DNA of 64,000 nt. Source: Leptonemataceae bacterium. Its GTDB lineage: Bacteria; Spirochaetota; Leptospiria; Leptospirales; Leptonemataceae. Shown here one piece after another: positions 10,078-20,611 of this stretch (the first letter of the stretch is position 1; every line of letters starts with the position of its first letter). The stretch covers positions 2,912,001 to 2,976,000 of the forward strand of contig OZ245742.1 in NCBI GenBank assembly GCA_965227295.1, read 5' to 3'. Position numbers and translations under genes: made by a program. Below the pieces are notes generated by a model, which saw only the letters and a program-made list of their open reading frames with translations, had not been told where the DNA came from and ran no database searches.

Positions 10078-10491
10078 GGGCAGAGCCTCAACCGGCCGTC
10101 GCCTTTTTCCAGGAATTTTCGTTGTGTCAAGTCCGTATCCAGGACCTTTTTGGTCAGCCCCCGGAGCGAAGCATGGAATCGGCGGAGCCGATTCCCCACC
10201 CGACGACGCGTAAGACGCGTCGCTACTTTCACTTCGCGGAAAGCGCGGTCGCCCGGCCGCTTCCGACGCGGCCGGGCGAGACGCCCAAAAAGAAACCGGG
10301 CAATCCCCTTACCACCTCGGGTCGTCTACGAATCACAGATCCCCACGAAACAATCTTCACAACCGCGCTCCCAACCTCACATCCTTCCGTTAAAATTAAC
10401 AGCACCGAAACACACCCGCGCAAATGCAACTTGCCGGGCAGCCCTGCCGCCAGAATTCGTCCATAACGCACATTAGCGCGCCGGCACAACC

Positions 10492-12330
10492 ATGGAAATC
10501 CGTAACATCTCAATCATCGCCCACGTCGACCACGGCAAGACGACCCTTGTCGACGGCCTGCTCGACCTCACGGGGTCGCTGGCCTCCAAAGAACGCACCG
10601 ACCGCGTCATGGACAGCATGGACCTGGAACGCGAGCGGGGCATTACCATCAAAAGCAAGAATGCTTCCATCGATTACAAGGGCACGAAGATCAACATCAT
10701 CGACACCCCGGGCCACGCCGACTTCGGCGGCGAAGTCGAGCGGGTCCTGTCCATGGCCGATACGTCGCTCTTGCTCGTCGACGCCTTCGACGGACCCATG
10801 CCGCAGACGCGTTTTGTTTTGCAAAAGAGCCTCGCGCTCGGCCATCGGCCCATCCTGGTCATCAACAAAATCGATCGTGACGGCGCGAACCCCGACATGG
10901 TCCTCGACAAAGTCTTCGATCTCTTCGACGAACTCGGCGCCACTGCCGAACAACACGACTTCCCCGTGGTCTACTGCTCCGCCAAGATGGGCTTTGCTTC
11001 GCTGGAACTCGAACGCGCCGGCACCGAGGACAAAGACTTCACGCCGCTGCTGGATCTCGTACTGAAACACGTGGGACCGTCCGCCGAGGGCAAAGAGAAC
11101 GAGCCCGTGCAGTTCCAGGTCATGAACCTCGACTACGATTCGTTCGTCGGTCGCCTGGGCGTGGGCCGGGTCTTTCAGGGTACGCTCAAGGTCGGCGAGA
11201 CCGTGAAGATTCTGCATCAGGGCAGCGGCAAAGACGAAGAGTTCCGCGTCTCGAAGCTGTACGGCTTCGCGGGCATCAAACGCGTGGAGGTGGATCACGC
11301 CGGGGCCGGAGACATCGTGGCGCTGGCCGGTCGCGAGGACGTCTACATCGGCGATACCATCACCCATCCCGAGCACCCGAACGCCCGCCCGCCCATTACC
11401 GTGGACGAGCCGACGGTGAGCATGGGCTTTCTCGTAAACGATTCGCCCTTCGCCGGCCGCGAGGGCAAGTTCGTCACCACGCGGCAAATCCGCGAACGTT
11501 TGCTGCGCGAAACGCTGACCAACGTCGCGCTCCGCGTGAACGACGACCCGCAGCGTCCGGATCGTTTCGTGGTGCAGGGCCGGGGCGATCTGCATCTCGC
11601 CGTGCTCATCGAAACCATGCGTCGCGAAGGCTACGAACTCCAGGTCTCGCGCCCGGAAGTCATCGTCAAAGAGATCGACGGCAAGAACTACGAACCCGTC
11701 GAGGAAGTCGTCATCGACGTGGACGAGGAATACAGCGGCGCGGTGATCAACGAACTGAACCGTCGCAAGGGCACCATGCGTTCCATGGAAACGACGGCCC
11801 ACGGAACCACGCGCGTCGAATACATCGTCCCCACGCGCGGTTTGATCGGCTTTCGCAGTTACGTACTGACCGAGAGCCGCGGCACGGCGGCGCTCACGTC
11901 GCGTTTTCTCGAGTATGCTCCGTACGCCGGCGAGATCCCCGGTCGCAAGAACGGCGCACTGGTTTCCATGGAAACCGGTGAAACCGTGCCGTTCGCTTTG
12001 TGGAACATTCAGGAACGCGGCACGTTGTTCGTCGGCTCCGGCATTCCCGTGTATGGAGGCATGGTCCTCGGCGAATGCGCGCGGGAAAACGATCTGGACG
12101 TGAATCCGTGTAAGGAAAAAAAGTTAACGAACATCCGCGCCGCCGGATCGGACGAAGCCGTGCGTCTCACGCCGCCGCGTCAAATGAACCTCGATCGTTC
12201 CATCGAATTCATCGACGACGACGAACTCGTGGAAGTAACACCGCACAGCATCCGCATCCGCAAGAAGTACCTCGATCCGAACGAACGAAAGAAAAAAGCG
12301 AAACAGAAGGCCGCTGCGGCGGCCGGCTGA
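10492..12330 (+). CDS. typA: Translational GTPase TypA/BipA
   Basis: [36 protein letters not shown]-terminal DDELVEVTP. Confidence 0.97.
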   Translation: MEIRNISIIAHVDHGKTTLVDGLLDLTGSLASKERTDRVMDSMDLERERGITIKSKNASIDYKGTKINIIDTPGHADFGGEVERVLSMADTSLLLVDAFDGPMPQTRFVLQKSLALGHRPILVINKIDRDGANPDMVLDKVFDLFDELGATAEQHDFPVVYCSAKMGFASLELERAGTEDKDFTPLLDLVLKHVGPSAEGKENEPVQFQVMNLDYDSFVGRLGVGRVFQGTLKVGETVKILHQGSGKDEEFRVSKLYGFAGIKRVEVDHAGAGDIVALAGREDVYIGDTITHPEHPNARPPITVDEPTVSMGFLVNDSPFAGREGKFVTTRQIRERLLRETLTNVALRVNDDPQRPDRFVVQGRGDLHLAVLIETMRREGYELQVSRPEVIVKEIDGKNYEPVEEVVIDVDEEYSGAVINELNRRKGTMRSMETTAHGTTRVEYIVPTRGLIGFRSYVLTESRGTAALTSRFLEYAPYAGEIPGRKNGALVSMETGETVPFALWNIQERGTLFVGSGIPVYGGMVLGECARENDLDVNPCKEKKLTNIRAAGSDEAVRLTPPRQMNLDRSIEFIDDDELVEVTPHSIRIRKKYLDPNERKKKAKQKAAAAAG

Positions 12331-12379
12331 GTTCGTCCTCATCGAAACCGGGGCCGACGGCTCCGGTGCGGATCGTGGC

Positions 12380-14248
12380 ATGCTTTTTCGCGATCCGGTG
12401 GAAGTCGTTCGGTGTTACGATCCGACCGAAGTGCCCGCGGCCCTGGCGCGTCTGGATCGCGCGCTCTCGGATTCCCTCTACGTTGCCGGCTACATCCACT
12501 ACGATGCCCTGCCGCATCACGGCGCGGTGCCGGCCGGGCGGCAGTCGATCCCGCTGGTCCATTGTCTCGTCTGCGATCGACCGGAGCCGGTGGACGTCGC
12601 CGCCTTTCTTCGAGAGCAAACGAACTTCGAGTACCGGGAGGACGGTGTCCCCGTTCCGCGGCAGCGCCCGGCGGAGTACAGCCTCACCGACGCCGCCGAT
12701 CGCCTGCCGGGCCGCGAGGAACAACAGCGCTTCATGCGCAGCGTCGAACGCATTCGTGAGGATATCGCCGCGGGTCGCGTCTACCAGGTGAACTACACGC
12801 GACGCAACCGCTTCGATTTTTCCGGCGACGCCCTGGCCCTGTATCAGGAGTTGCGCCGGCATCAGCCCACGCCGTACTCGGCTTACATCGAACACCGGGA
12901 CGGCGCCGTGCTGTCGTTCTCGCCGGAGCTGTTCTTTGCCCTGCACGAAAGCGAGGAATCCTTAAGTGCGTCGGAGTTACGATTAGAGACGCGTCCCATG
13001 AAAGGGACCGCGCCCCGGCATCCGGACCCCGGCATCGACGCGGAAATCCGGGACGGCCTGGCCGCCGACCCCAAGAACCGGGCGGAGCTGGCGATGATCG
13101 TCGATTTGCTGCGCAACGACCTCGGCCGACACGCCAAGTTCGGCGGCGTCGAAGTGCCGCCCGACCTCCTGTTTCGTTGCGAAACACATCCCACGCTGCA
13201 CCAGATGACCGCAACGATCCGCGCGCGCTTCGACGTGCGCACGCACGGCGAGCGTTTGTTTCAAAAGATTTTTCCCGCCATTTTTCCGTGCGGTTCCATT
13301 ACCGGTGCGCCGAAGCTGGCCGCGCGTAAGATCATCGCCGAACTCGAGGACGACGCGCGCGGAGTATACACCGGCGCCGTGGGTTACGCCCATCGTAGCG
13401 ACGCGCGCTTCAACGTGGCCATCCGCACCCTCGAAATCCGCGGCGAGCGTGCGTCGTACGGCAGCGGTTGCGGCATCGTATGGGACTCCGTTCCCGAAGA
13501 CGAGTATCGCGAGTATTTATTGAAGCAATCGTTTCTGCGCCCGGCCGTGGACGGCTTTGCGTTGATTGAAACGATGTTCGTCCGCGAGCAGGGCGCCGCC
13601 GCGCCGGAAGATCGCGTGTTGTTCTTAGAAGAACATTTGCAAAGGTTAGCAGGATCCGCCGGTCGTTTCGGATTCCCGGCGGAGCGTAGAGCGTCGGTGG
13701 CGGCGATTCTGGCGGAACTGGCGCTGTATCCCGATCGCCGCCGGCTGCGTCTCCGCGTGGATCGTCGCGGACACGTTCGCGTCGATAGCAGCGCCTGGGA
13801 GCGCGACTTTGTTCCGCTGGAAGAACACTTTCGTGCGCCGGAAGTTCGCCTCACGACGGCGAGCGAGCCCGTGTGGGCCGACAACATCTTTCGGCGCCAC
13901 AAAACCACGGAGCGCGGGATTTACAATCGCGGCCTGGCCGAAGCGCAGGCCGCCGGTTTCGACGACGCCGTTTACGTCAACGAGGCCGGAGAGGTGGTCG
14001 AGACATCGATCGCGAATCTATTGATTCTTACGCCGGAAGGTCGCTGGCTCACCCCCCACGAAGACTGCGGTGCGTTGCGCGGCGTGTATCTGGAAGTGCT
14101 GTCACGGTCCTTAACTATCGAACAAGTAAAGTTAAACCTCGCGGACGCCCTGGCCGCGGGTCGCTGGTTCGTCGTAAACTCACTGCGCGGTGTTTCTAAG
14201 GTATCCGAAGTTCGCAGGGGGGCTGAGCTGAAGAGCCAGGGTAACTAA
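12380..14248 (+). CDS. pabB: Aminodeoxychorismate synthase component I fused to ADC lyase (PabB-PabC)
   Basis: YQVNYT, SFSPELFF, PMKGT, MIVDLLRNDL, FPCGSITGAPK; C-terminal class IV aminotransferase with RHKTT and ETSIAN. Confidence 0.9.
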   Translation: MLFRDPVEVVRCYDPTEVPAALARLDRALSDSLYVAGYIHYDALPHHGAVPAGRQSIPLVHCLVCDRPEPVDVAAFLREQTNFEYREDGVPVPRQRPAEYSLTDAADRLPGREEQQRFMRSVERIREDIAAGRVYQVNYTRRNRFDFSGDALALYQELRRHQPTPYSAYIEHRDGAVLSFSPELFFALHESEESLSASELRLETRPMKGTAPRHPDPGIDAEIRDGLAADPKNRAELAMIVDLLRNDLGRHAKFGGVEVPPDLLFRCETHPTLHQMTATIRARFDVRTHGERLFQKIFPAIFPCGSITGAPKLAARKIIAELEDDARGVYTGAVGYAHRSDARFNVAIRTLEIRGERASYGSGCGIVWDSVPEDEYREYLLKQSFLRPAVDGFALIETMFVREQGAAAPEDRVLFLEEHLQRLAGSAGRFGFPAERRASVAAILAELALYPDRRRLRLRVDRRGHVRVDSSAWERDFVPLEEHFRAPEVRLTTASEPVWADNIFRRHKTTERGIYNRGLAEAQAAGFDDAVYVNEAGEVVETSIANLLILTPEGRWLTPHEDCGALRGVYLEVLSRSLTIEQVKLNLADALAAGRWFVVNSLRGVSKVSEVRRGAELKSQGN

Positions 14249-14257
14249 GTTCTTTTT

Positions 14258-14365
14258 GGGCGCGTCGGCGCTTCGCGCCGACCGCGCTGCTCCGGGCTCG
14301 CTAATCGCTCGGCCTCGCCTTCGGCGAGTCGGCCGCTTTGCGGCCCCCTCCGCATCGCTCGCGCG
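14258..14365 (+). ncRNA. Structured element family B, copy 1 (Flavo-1-like motif)
   Basis: GGGCGCGTC-hairpin(UUCG)-CGCGCT...ATCGCTCGCGCG; same architecture as 17292-17404. Confidence 0.5.
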
Positions 14366-14540
14366 AAGAGCCGTGAATCACAAGCGCCAGGCGTGCTTCG
14401 GGCGCCCAAATAGATTTTAGCCGATATACCTTATCATCTCGGGCCGTTTCCGGGCCGCAGATCAGCCGAATTCGCCCCGGTGTGTACGTTGACGCCCCGC
14501 GCGGCCGGAAAAAACTGGCACGGACCGAAGCGTTGCGAGG

Positions 14541-14978
14541 ATGGCCGAGAGCACCACACAGGGGCCGCCGCCGTTAGAACGGGTGCGGATGCAGGTACCG
14601 TCTCATCCGCGCTATGTGAGCTTTGCCCGCGATTCGATCTACCGGCTCTGCCGGCAACACGGCTTTTCCCCGGCCGGCGCCTTTGACCTTAAAATCGTGG
14701 CGGGTGAGGCCCTGACGAACATCATCAAACACGCGTACAACGGAAAAACCGACCAGGCCATCTTCATCGAAGTACTCATGTTCAGAAATTACATCGAGAT
14801 GCGTTTTCGAGACATGGGCGAGCAGCGGCCGATTACGGCCCGGCACGCCCACGATCTTTCGGACTACCGCGAGCGCGGTCTCGGCGTGTACCTCATCAGC
14901 CAGCTTACGGACTATCATTACTACAACCAGGCGCGCCGCATCGGCACCGAACTGGTCGTGAAGAAGAGGATCGGCTGA
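14541..14978 (+). CDS. RsbW-like anti-sigma factor / ATP-binding protein
   Basis: EALTNIIKHAY N-box, RDMG, ERGLGVYLI. Confidence 0.88.
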   Translation: MAESTTQGPPPLERVRMQVPSHPRYVSFARDSIYRLCRQHGFSPAGAFDLKIVAGEALTNIIKHAYNGKTDQAIFIEVLMFRNYIEMRFRDMGEQRPITARHAHDLSDYRERGLGVYLISQLTDYHYYNQARRIGTELVVKKRIG

Positions 14979-15862
14979 TGGCGTTCGAACTGCTGGACCT
15001 CAAGCCGCGTAATCCGTTCCTCTCCGTCGCCCTGGACGAGGCGCTCTGTCGTTACGTGGCGCGCACCGGGGGCACCGGCGGTCTGCGGCTCTGGTCGAAT
15101 CCTCAGTCGATCATTTTCGGTCGCACGTGCGATGCCGCAAAGAACATCAAAGACCCCCAGGCCGTGCTGAACGTTTCGCACAAACGTTCGCGCTGGTCCA
15201 CGCAGCCCATGTTGCTGCGGCGCGCATCCGGCGGGGGCACGGTCTTACACGGGCCGGGCAATCTGAACTACAGCATCTTCGTATCGTTAGGCCGTTATCC
15301 GGAAATGTTTTCGCTGCGCCATTCGTACGAGGCACTGCTCGGCATCGTGGCGCGCGCGCTGGAAGCCCAGGGCATCCCGGCACACTTTCGCGGCCAGTCG
15401 GACCTCGTCATCGAAACGCCGCTCGGAGAACGAAAGATCTCCGGCAACGCGCAGTTTCGCAAACACAACGTCCTGGTCTTGCACGGCACGCTGATTACGC
15501 GCGGCGAACTCATCGAACAAATCAGCGAGATGCTGCCGCATCCGCCGAAGGAACCGGAGTACCGGGCCGGCCGGGAGCACCGGCAATTCCTGGGCAGCCT
15601 CCCGGATTCCTTCGATATTTCCGCATTTTATCATTGCCTCTCCGGAGAATTCCGGAGTCTCCTCGGCGTAGATCGTCTCGTGGCCCTTTCGACAAAGGCT
15701 CGCCGTGAGGTCTACGGTCTGGCCCGGGCCCTCGTTTATGAGTACTATGCAGGTCGAGAGTGGATCCTCGACGGCAGTGCCAGACACGGCAAACGTCCGG
15801 CGGCCGACAGCCGTGAACAAGAAACAACACCGGCCGGTCTTCTGAACCGCGATGCCGGCTGA
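14978..15862 (+). CDS. Lipoate-protein ligase A family protein
   Basis: ALDEAL, RRASGGGTVLHGPGNLNYS, RKISGNAQ, HGTL. Confidence 0.9.
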   Translation: MAFELLDLKPRNPFLSVALDEALCRYVARTGGTGGLRLWSNPQSIIFGRTCDAAKNIKDPQAVLNVSHKRSRWSTQPMLLRRASGGGTVLHGPGNLNYSIFVSLGRYPEMFSLRHSYEALLGIVARALEAQGIPAHFRGQSDLVIETPLGERKISGNAQFRKHNVLVLHGTLITRGELIEQISEMLPHPPKEPEYRAGREHRQFLGSLPDSFDISAFYHCLSGEFRSLLGVDRLVALSTKARREVYGLARALVYEYYAGREWILDGSARHGKRPAADSREQETTPAGLLNRDAG

Positions 15863-15925
15863 GCGCCTACAATTTGCACTTAATACAGCCATCATGCTGA
15901 TTCACTGAATACAAGGAGTTTCATT

Positions 15926-17206
15926 ATGTCCGATACCAAAGCCGTACTGCGCAGCAAAGCCCACGTCGCCGAAGTCGATCCGGAAACCTACGAGATCCTG
16001 GTCAACGAGGACCGGCGCCAGCAGAACAACCTGGAGATGATCGCGTCCGAGAACTTCGTCAGCCGCGCGGTGCTCGAGGCCTACTCTTCCACGTTCACGA
16101 ACAAGTACGCCGAGGGTTATCCGGGCAAGCGGTACTACAACGGCTGCGAGAACGCCGACGCCATCGAAAGCCTCGCCATCGAGCGCTTAAAGAAACTCTT
16201 CGGCGCGAACTTCGCCAACGTGCAGCCGCACTCCGGCGCTCAGGCGAACACCGCGGTCTTTCAAGGATTCCTGAAAGCCGGCGATACCTTCATCGGCATG
16301 GACCTGGCCCACGGCGGCCACCTTTCTCACGGATCTAAAGTGAACTTTTCCGGACGTTACTTCAACGTCGTTTCGTACGGCGTGCGTCAGGACGACCATC
16401 GCATCGACTACGACGCCCTGCACAAGCTCGCGAAAGAAAACAAACCGAAGCTCATCATCGCCGGTTTCTCGGCTTACCCGCGCGTCCTCGACTTCGCGAA
16501 GTTTCGGGAGATTGCCGACGACGTGGGCGCGGTGTTACTCGCGGACATTGCGCACATCGCCGGTCTTGTGGCCGTGGGCGAACATCCCACGAGCGTCGGC
16601 GTCGCGCACATCACCACGTCCACCACGCATAAGACACTCCGCGGTCCGCGCGGCGGTCTCATCCTTTCAAACACGGAAGAACACAACAAACTCATGAACT
16701 CCCGGGTCTTCCCCGGTACCCAGGGCGGGCCGCTCATGCACGTCATCGCGGCCAAGGCCGTGGCCTTCGGCGAGGCGCTGCGCCCGGACTTCAAAGACTA
16801 CATCGTGAAAGTGAAAGCGAATGCAAAAGTGCTCGCGGAGACCTTTCTGGAACGCGGCCTGGACGTGGTCAGCGGCGGCACGGACAATCATCTCGTGTTG
16901 CTCGATGTAACGAAGAGCGGTGCCACCGGCGCCGTGGCCGCGGACGCCCTGGACGAAGTGGGCATCACCGCGAACAAAAACGGCATCCCGTTCGATCCGC
17001 ATCCGCCGGCGGTTACCAGCGGCGTGCGCTTCGGTTCACCGGCGCTCACCACGCGCGGCTTCGGCACCGACGAGTTCCGTCAGGTCGGCCACCTCATCTG
17101 CGATTTGTTGAGCAACGTCGAGGACGAAGCCACCCGCGGTCGCGTGCGCGACGGCGTGCGGGAACTCACGCAACGATTCCCCATGGATCGTTTTCGGCTG
17201 GATTGA
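15926..17206 (+). CDS. glyA: Serine hydroxymethyltransferase
   Basis: [41 protein letters not shown]. Confidence 0.98.
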   Translation: MSDTKAVLRSKAHVAEVDPETYEILVNEDRRQQNNLEMIASENFVSRAVLEAYSSTFTNKYAEGYPGKRYYNGCENADAIESLAIERLKKLFGANFANVQPHSGAQANTAVFQGFLKAGDTFIGMDLAHGGHLSHGSKVNFSGRYFNVVSYGVRQDDHRIDYDALHKLAKENKPKLIIAGFSAYPRVLDFAKFREIADDVGAVLLADIAHIAGLVAVGEHPTSVGVAHITTSTTHKTLRGPRGGLILSNTEEHNKLMNSRVFPGTQGGPLMHVIAAKAVAFGEALRPDFKDYIVKVKANAKVLAETFLERGLDVVSGGTDNHLVLLDVTKSGATGAVAADALDEVGITANKNGIPFDPHPPAVTSGVRFGSPALTTRGFGTDEFRQVGHLICDLLSNVEDEATRGRVRDGVRELTQRFPMDRFRLD

Positions 17207-17291
17207 AGATCCAGGCAAAGAGTAACTCATATAAAGTTAGGGAGCCTTCGATTTTAGCTTAAAAATAAGGAGTTTAGTCTGTTTTTATTAT

Positions 17292-17404
17292 GGGCGCGTC
17301 GCCTTCGGCGACCGGGCTTTCCAGGGCTCCGCTATCGCTGCGGTCCTTCGCGCTCCGCGCTACGGACTCGCGCTTGACGCGCGACCCTTCCAATCCCTCG
17401 CGCG
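17292..17404 (+). ncRNA. Structured element family B, copy 2 (Flavo-1-like motif)
   Basis: GGGCGCGTCGCC-TTCG-GCGACCGGGCTTTCC...AATCCCTCGCGCG matches my recollection of Flavo-1 ends; related to 14258-14365. Confidence 0.55.
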
Positions 17405-17631
17405 AAGACCGGGCCATCTGGCGTTTTTTTGATGCAAAGGGGCCTCTTGCGGGCTTTTTAGTCGGCCCCCGCAGCGAAGCGGACGCCCGGAACGGATAAC
17501 CTGACCCACCACACCATCGTTCGGGTCGGCCACGAGCTACCAATACTGCAATTAAGTACTTGCCCCACCTCCGATGTACGATAAACTGAGTTAAAGGGCG
17601 AAGTATGCCCTGACAATTTACGGAGGTTGCA

Positions 17632-18321
17632 TTGGCAAAACGGAGATATCATCGCCCGCCGCCGCGTGAGCGCGAGCCCCGCATCAATCAGCGCATTCGA
17701 GTACCGAAGTTGCGTGTCATTGTGGACGGAGAAGCACGAATCATTCCCACCGAGGAAGCCCTGCAAATGGCGAAGGCCCAGGGGCTGGATCTGGTGGAGG
17801 TCTCGCCGGATCAAGATCCGCCGGTGGCCAAAATCATCGACTACGGAAAATATAAGTACGAGCAACAGAAGAAAAAGAAAGAGGCCGCTCGCAATCAGCA
17901 TACCATTCACATCAAAGAAGTGAAGCTGCGGCCGAAGATCGCCGACCACGACTACGATCTCAAGCGTCGGAACGCCCACTCGTTCCTGGAAGCGGGTGAC
18001 AAGGTCAAGGTAACGCTGCGCTTTCGTGGCCGGGAAATCACCCACCCGGAACTGGGCATGAAGCTCATGGACAAGCTCGCCAAAGATCTCACCGAGGTCG
18101 GCCAGGTGGAAGCCCCGGCCCGGCAGGACGGCCGGCAAATCGTCATGGTGCTTGCACCGCGGCCCGGCATGCGCAAGAAAGTGCAGGAGAAGCAAGGATC
18201 CGAGCAGGGCAAGAAGGGCGACGGCGGCGGCAAAGCGCCGAAGAAATCCGGAGACGAGCAGGGTGGCGGTAAAAAAGAAGTTGCCGGGCAACCCTCTTCT
18301 GAAACCGTGTCCGCTTCATAA
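17632..18321 (+). CDS. infC: Translation initiation factor IF-3 with C-terminal extension
   Basis: [44 protein letters not shown] start after GGAGG. Confidence 0.96.
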   Translation: MAKRRYHRPPPREREPRINQRIRVPKLRVIVDGEARIIPTEEALQMAKAQGLDLVEVSPDQDPPVAKIIDYGKYKYEQQKKKKEAARNQHTIHIKEVKLRPKIADHDYDLKRRNAHSFLEAGDKVKVTLRFRGREITHPELGMKLMDKLAKDLTEVGQVEAPARQDGRQIVMVLAPRPGMRKKVQEKQGSEQGKKGDGGGKAPKKSGDEQGGGKKEVAGQPSSETVSAS

Positions 18322-18332
18322 GCAGGGAAAGT

Positions 18333-18530
18333 ATGCCGAAGCTGAAGACCAACAAAGCAGCAAAGAAGCGCTTCCGGTTCACCGCGTCCGGAAAGGTGAA
18401 GCGTTCCAGCGCGAACGTGAACCACATTCTTACGAAGAAGAACATGAAACGCAAGCGGCAACTGCGCGGTACGACCATCGTGCACACCGCGGACGTAAAA
18501 GCAATCCGCGACCTTCTACCGAATCAGTAA
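18333..18530 (+). CDS. rpmI: 50S ribosomal protein L35
   Basis: [14 protein letters not shown]...HIL; position between infC and rplT. Confidence 0.96.
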   Translation: MPKLKTNKAAKKRFRFTASGKVKRSSANVNHILTKKNMKRKRQLRGTTIVHTADVKAIRDLLPNQ

Positions 18531-18572
18531 CAGTACAGGGCGCCGGCCCCGGGCCGGCGGACGTCAGGAATC

Positions 18573-18914
18573 ATGAGAGCAACGAACGGAAAGATTCACA
18601 AGAATCGCCGCAACAAAATCCTCAAGCAGGCCAAAGGCTTTCGCGGAGCGCGGCATCGCCTCCAGAAAGCTGCAACCCAGGCCGTCCTCAAGGCCGGGCA
18701 GCATGCCTTCGTTTCCCGTCGCCAGAAAAAGCGGGAAATGCGCGCCCTCTGGATCGTGCGGATCAACGCCGCCGCCCGCGTGAACGGTGTTTCCTACTCG
18801 CAGCTCATCCATCGCCTTACGAAAGCGGGCGTGGCCATGGATCGCAAGGCCCTGGCCGACATGGCTTACGCCGATCCGGACGGCTTCAAACAACTCGTCG
18901 AGTCGGTCAGCTGA
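18573..18914 (+). CDS. rplT: 50S ribosomal protein L20
   Basis: AKGFRGAR, RALWIVRINAA, DRKALAD. Confidence 0.96.
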   Translation: MRATNGKIHKNRRNKILKQAKGFRGARHRLQKAATQAVLKAGQHAFVSRRQKKREMRALWIVRINAAARVNGVSYSQLIHRLTKAGVAMDRKALADMAYADPDGFKQLVESVS

Positions 18915-18949
18915 GTCGACGTAACGATTCTGCGACCCCCGGTCGCCGT

Positions 18950-18980
18950 AAAAATCCCGGAGCCCGCTCCGGGATTTTTT
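18950..18980 (+). terminator. Rho-independent terminator after rplT
   Basis: AAAAATCCCGGAGC-CC-GCTCCGGGATTTTTT perfect hairpin with A/T tracts. Confidence 0.8.
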
Positions 18981-19190
18981 ATGTACCGGCCGGTGCGGCT
19001 TTTCACCGCGGTCCCGATTTTCCCGCATTTTTCCCGGTCCTGACGGATTTTTATCCGAACCGGCGAAAAAAACTTCTTGTTTTCAGTCAATCGGCCGTCA
19101 TTCACAGTAACGCGGTGTCGCCCCGACGCCGGTTCATTCTATAGCCAGTACTTGTAGAACTTAAGCTGCACAAATCAGGAGCACTGATTC

Positions 19191-19985
19191 ATGATTACGA
19201 TTGAACAACTGGACGAGCTGGAAGGCCGGATCCTTCGCGCGCTGGAACTCATCGGCGACCTTCGCTCAGAAAATTCCAGGTTGGAGTCGGAGAACGAAAC
19301 CCTCCGCAAAGAGCACGACGAACTCAAACTCGCCCTCGAACAGAAAGAGAAAGAATTCAAAGAAGTCAAAGACAAGCTCGACGAGACCTCGCGTGAGCTG
19401 AACGAACTCAAGTCTCGCGAAGAAGTCCTCGAACGCAAGATCAACGAAATGCTCGGCAAGCTGTCGGACATGGGCGGCGGTGCCGCCGTGGCTTCGGCCG
19501 CTGCCGCTGCCGCTCCGGCTCCCACCCCGGAACCGGTGGCGCCGGCACCCGAACCTGAGCCCGCTCCGGAACCGGAACCGGTCGCCGAAGAACCGGCCCC
19601 GGCTCCCGCTCCGGAACCGCCCGCGGCCGCGCCGGCTCCCGCCTCCGACGAAGATGAGAGCGTGGTCATCATTGAAGACGATCTGCCCGAATCGAAGGCC
19701 GCGGAAACACCTGCCGCCGAACCGGCCCCGGACAAAGAAGACGAAATCATCATCCTGGACGACGATGACGACGACGTCATCCTCTCCGAGGAAACTCCGG
19801 TGGAATCGGTTGCGGCTCCGGAACCCGAACCCGCGGCTCCGGCCGTGGACGATTCTCCGGCCGCCTCCGCGGCCATGGTCGACGACGCCGACGATGAGAT
19901 CATCCTGGAAGACGACGACGATTCCCTGGGAGTCTTCGACGTCGACGATGACGACGATTTCCTGATCGTTGAAGAAGACGCCTGA
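19191..19985 (+). CDS. ZapB-like coiled-coil protein with long acidic Pro/Ala-rich tail
   Basis: N-terminal LDELEGRILRALELIGDLRSEN coiled coil; directly upstream of zapA; AGGAG RBS. Confidence 0.7.
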   Translation: MITIEQLDELEGRILRALELIGDLRSENSRLESENETLRKEHDELKLALEQKEKEFKEVKDKLDETSRELNELKSREEVLERKINEMLGKLSDMGGGAAVASAAAAAAPAPTPEPVAPAPEPEPAPEPEPVAEEPAPAPAPEPPAAAPAPASDEDESVVIIEDDLPESKAAETPAAEPAPDKEDEIIILDDDDDDVILSEETPVESVAAPEPEPAAPAVDDSPAASAAMVDDADDEIILEDDDDSLGVFDVDDDDDFLIVEEDA

Positions 19986-20016
19986 TCCATACTTCACGGT
20001 GGTATGAAGAGGAGCG

Positions 20017-20355
20017 ATGCCGGAGCAGAATGATGCGCAAAGTCCCGATGAGCGGGTCAGCGTAGAAATTCTCGGTGAGCGCTACGTCATTCGCGGGCAC
20101 GCCGATCCCGGCTACATTGCCGAGGTCGCGCGGCTCGTGGACGAACGCATGCGTGAACTCCAGGGCTCCGCGCGGGGCATCAACCGCAGTCGCCTGGCCG
20201 TGCTCACCGCCATCAACCTGGCCGACGAACTTTTACAGGAACGCGACCGCGATTCGGAAGAGCGCCACGAATTCGACGAGGTCACCGCGCGTACGCGGCA
20301 GTTGATAACACTGCTGGATGAGGGCTTGATCGGGGACGCGGGCGAGAACGTTTGA
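20017..20355 (+). CDS. zapA: Cell division protein ZapA
   Basis: VSVEILGERY, VARLVDERM, LAVLTAINLADEL. Confidence 0.92.
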   Translation: MPEQNDAQSPDERVSVEILGERYVIRGHADPGYIAEVARLVDERMRELQGSARGINRSRLAVLTAINLADELLQERDRDSEERHEFDEVTARTRQLITLLDEGLIGDAGENV

Positions 20356-20372
20356 GTCGGCCCGAAGAGGGT

Positions 20373-20544
20373 GAGACCGCCTGTGCCGGTACTGCAAGAT
20401 TTTTGGGACCCTGTACAAACAGGTGGGTTTCCTATCGACGCCTTCAACCTTCCCCGCGGGGGCCTGGCATCCCGCGCCGAACTCCGGAATCCCGTATTAA
20501 GAGAGTTGGCCCAAAAATTTTGTGTTCCCGAGCACCGCAGTCTC
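20373..20544 (+). ncRNA. ssrS: 6S RNA
   Basis: Conserved zapA-ssrS-ygfA position; 172-nt rod with closing stem GAGAC/GTCTC, GTGC/GCAC, GCAAGATTTTTGGG/CCCAAAAATTTTGT and a central bubble. Confidence 0.8.
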
Positions 20545-20611
20545 AGAGGTAAATTAGCGAAGTAAGGCCGCGGTGGTCAAGTAAGTCCCAGGCGGTGGTC
20601 TCTCGTTCGGC

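Larger units (their letters stand above)
8294..10161 (-). mobile_element. IS1182-family insertion sequence (about 1.87 kb)
   Basis: Perfect 16-bp terminal inverted repeats GGGGCTGACCAAAAAG (8294-8309) and CTTTTTGGTCAGCCCC (10146-10161) enclose two transposase ORFs. Confidence 0.9.

Noticed and set aside
10358..10372. 15-bp match (CACAACCGCGCTCCC) to the reverse strand of the 34228 repeat copy
   Set aside because: Similarity does not extend on either side; too short to call a copy.
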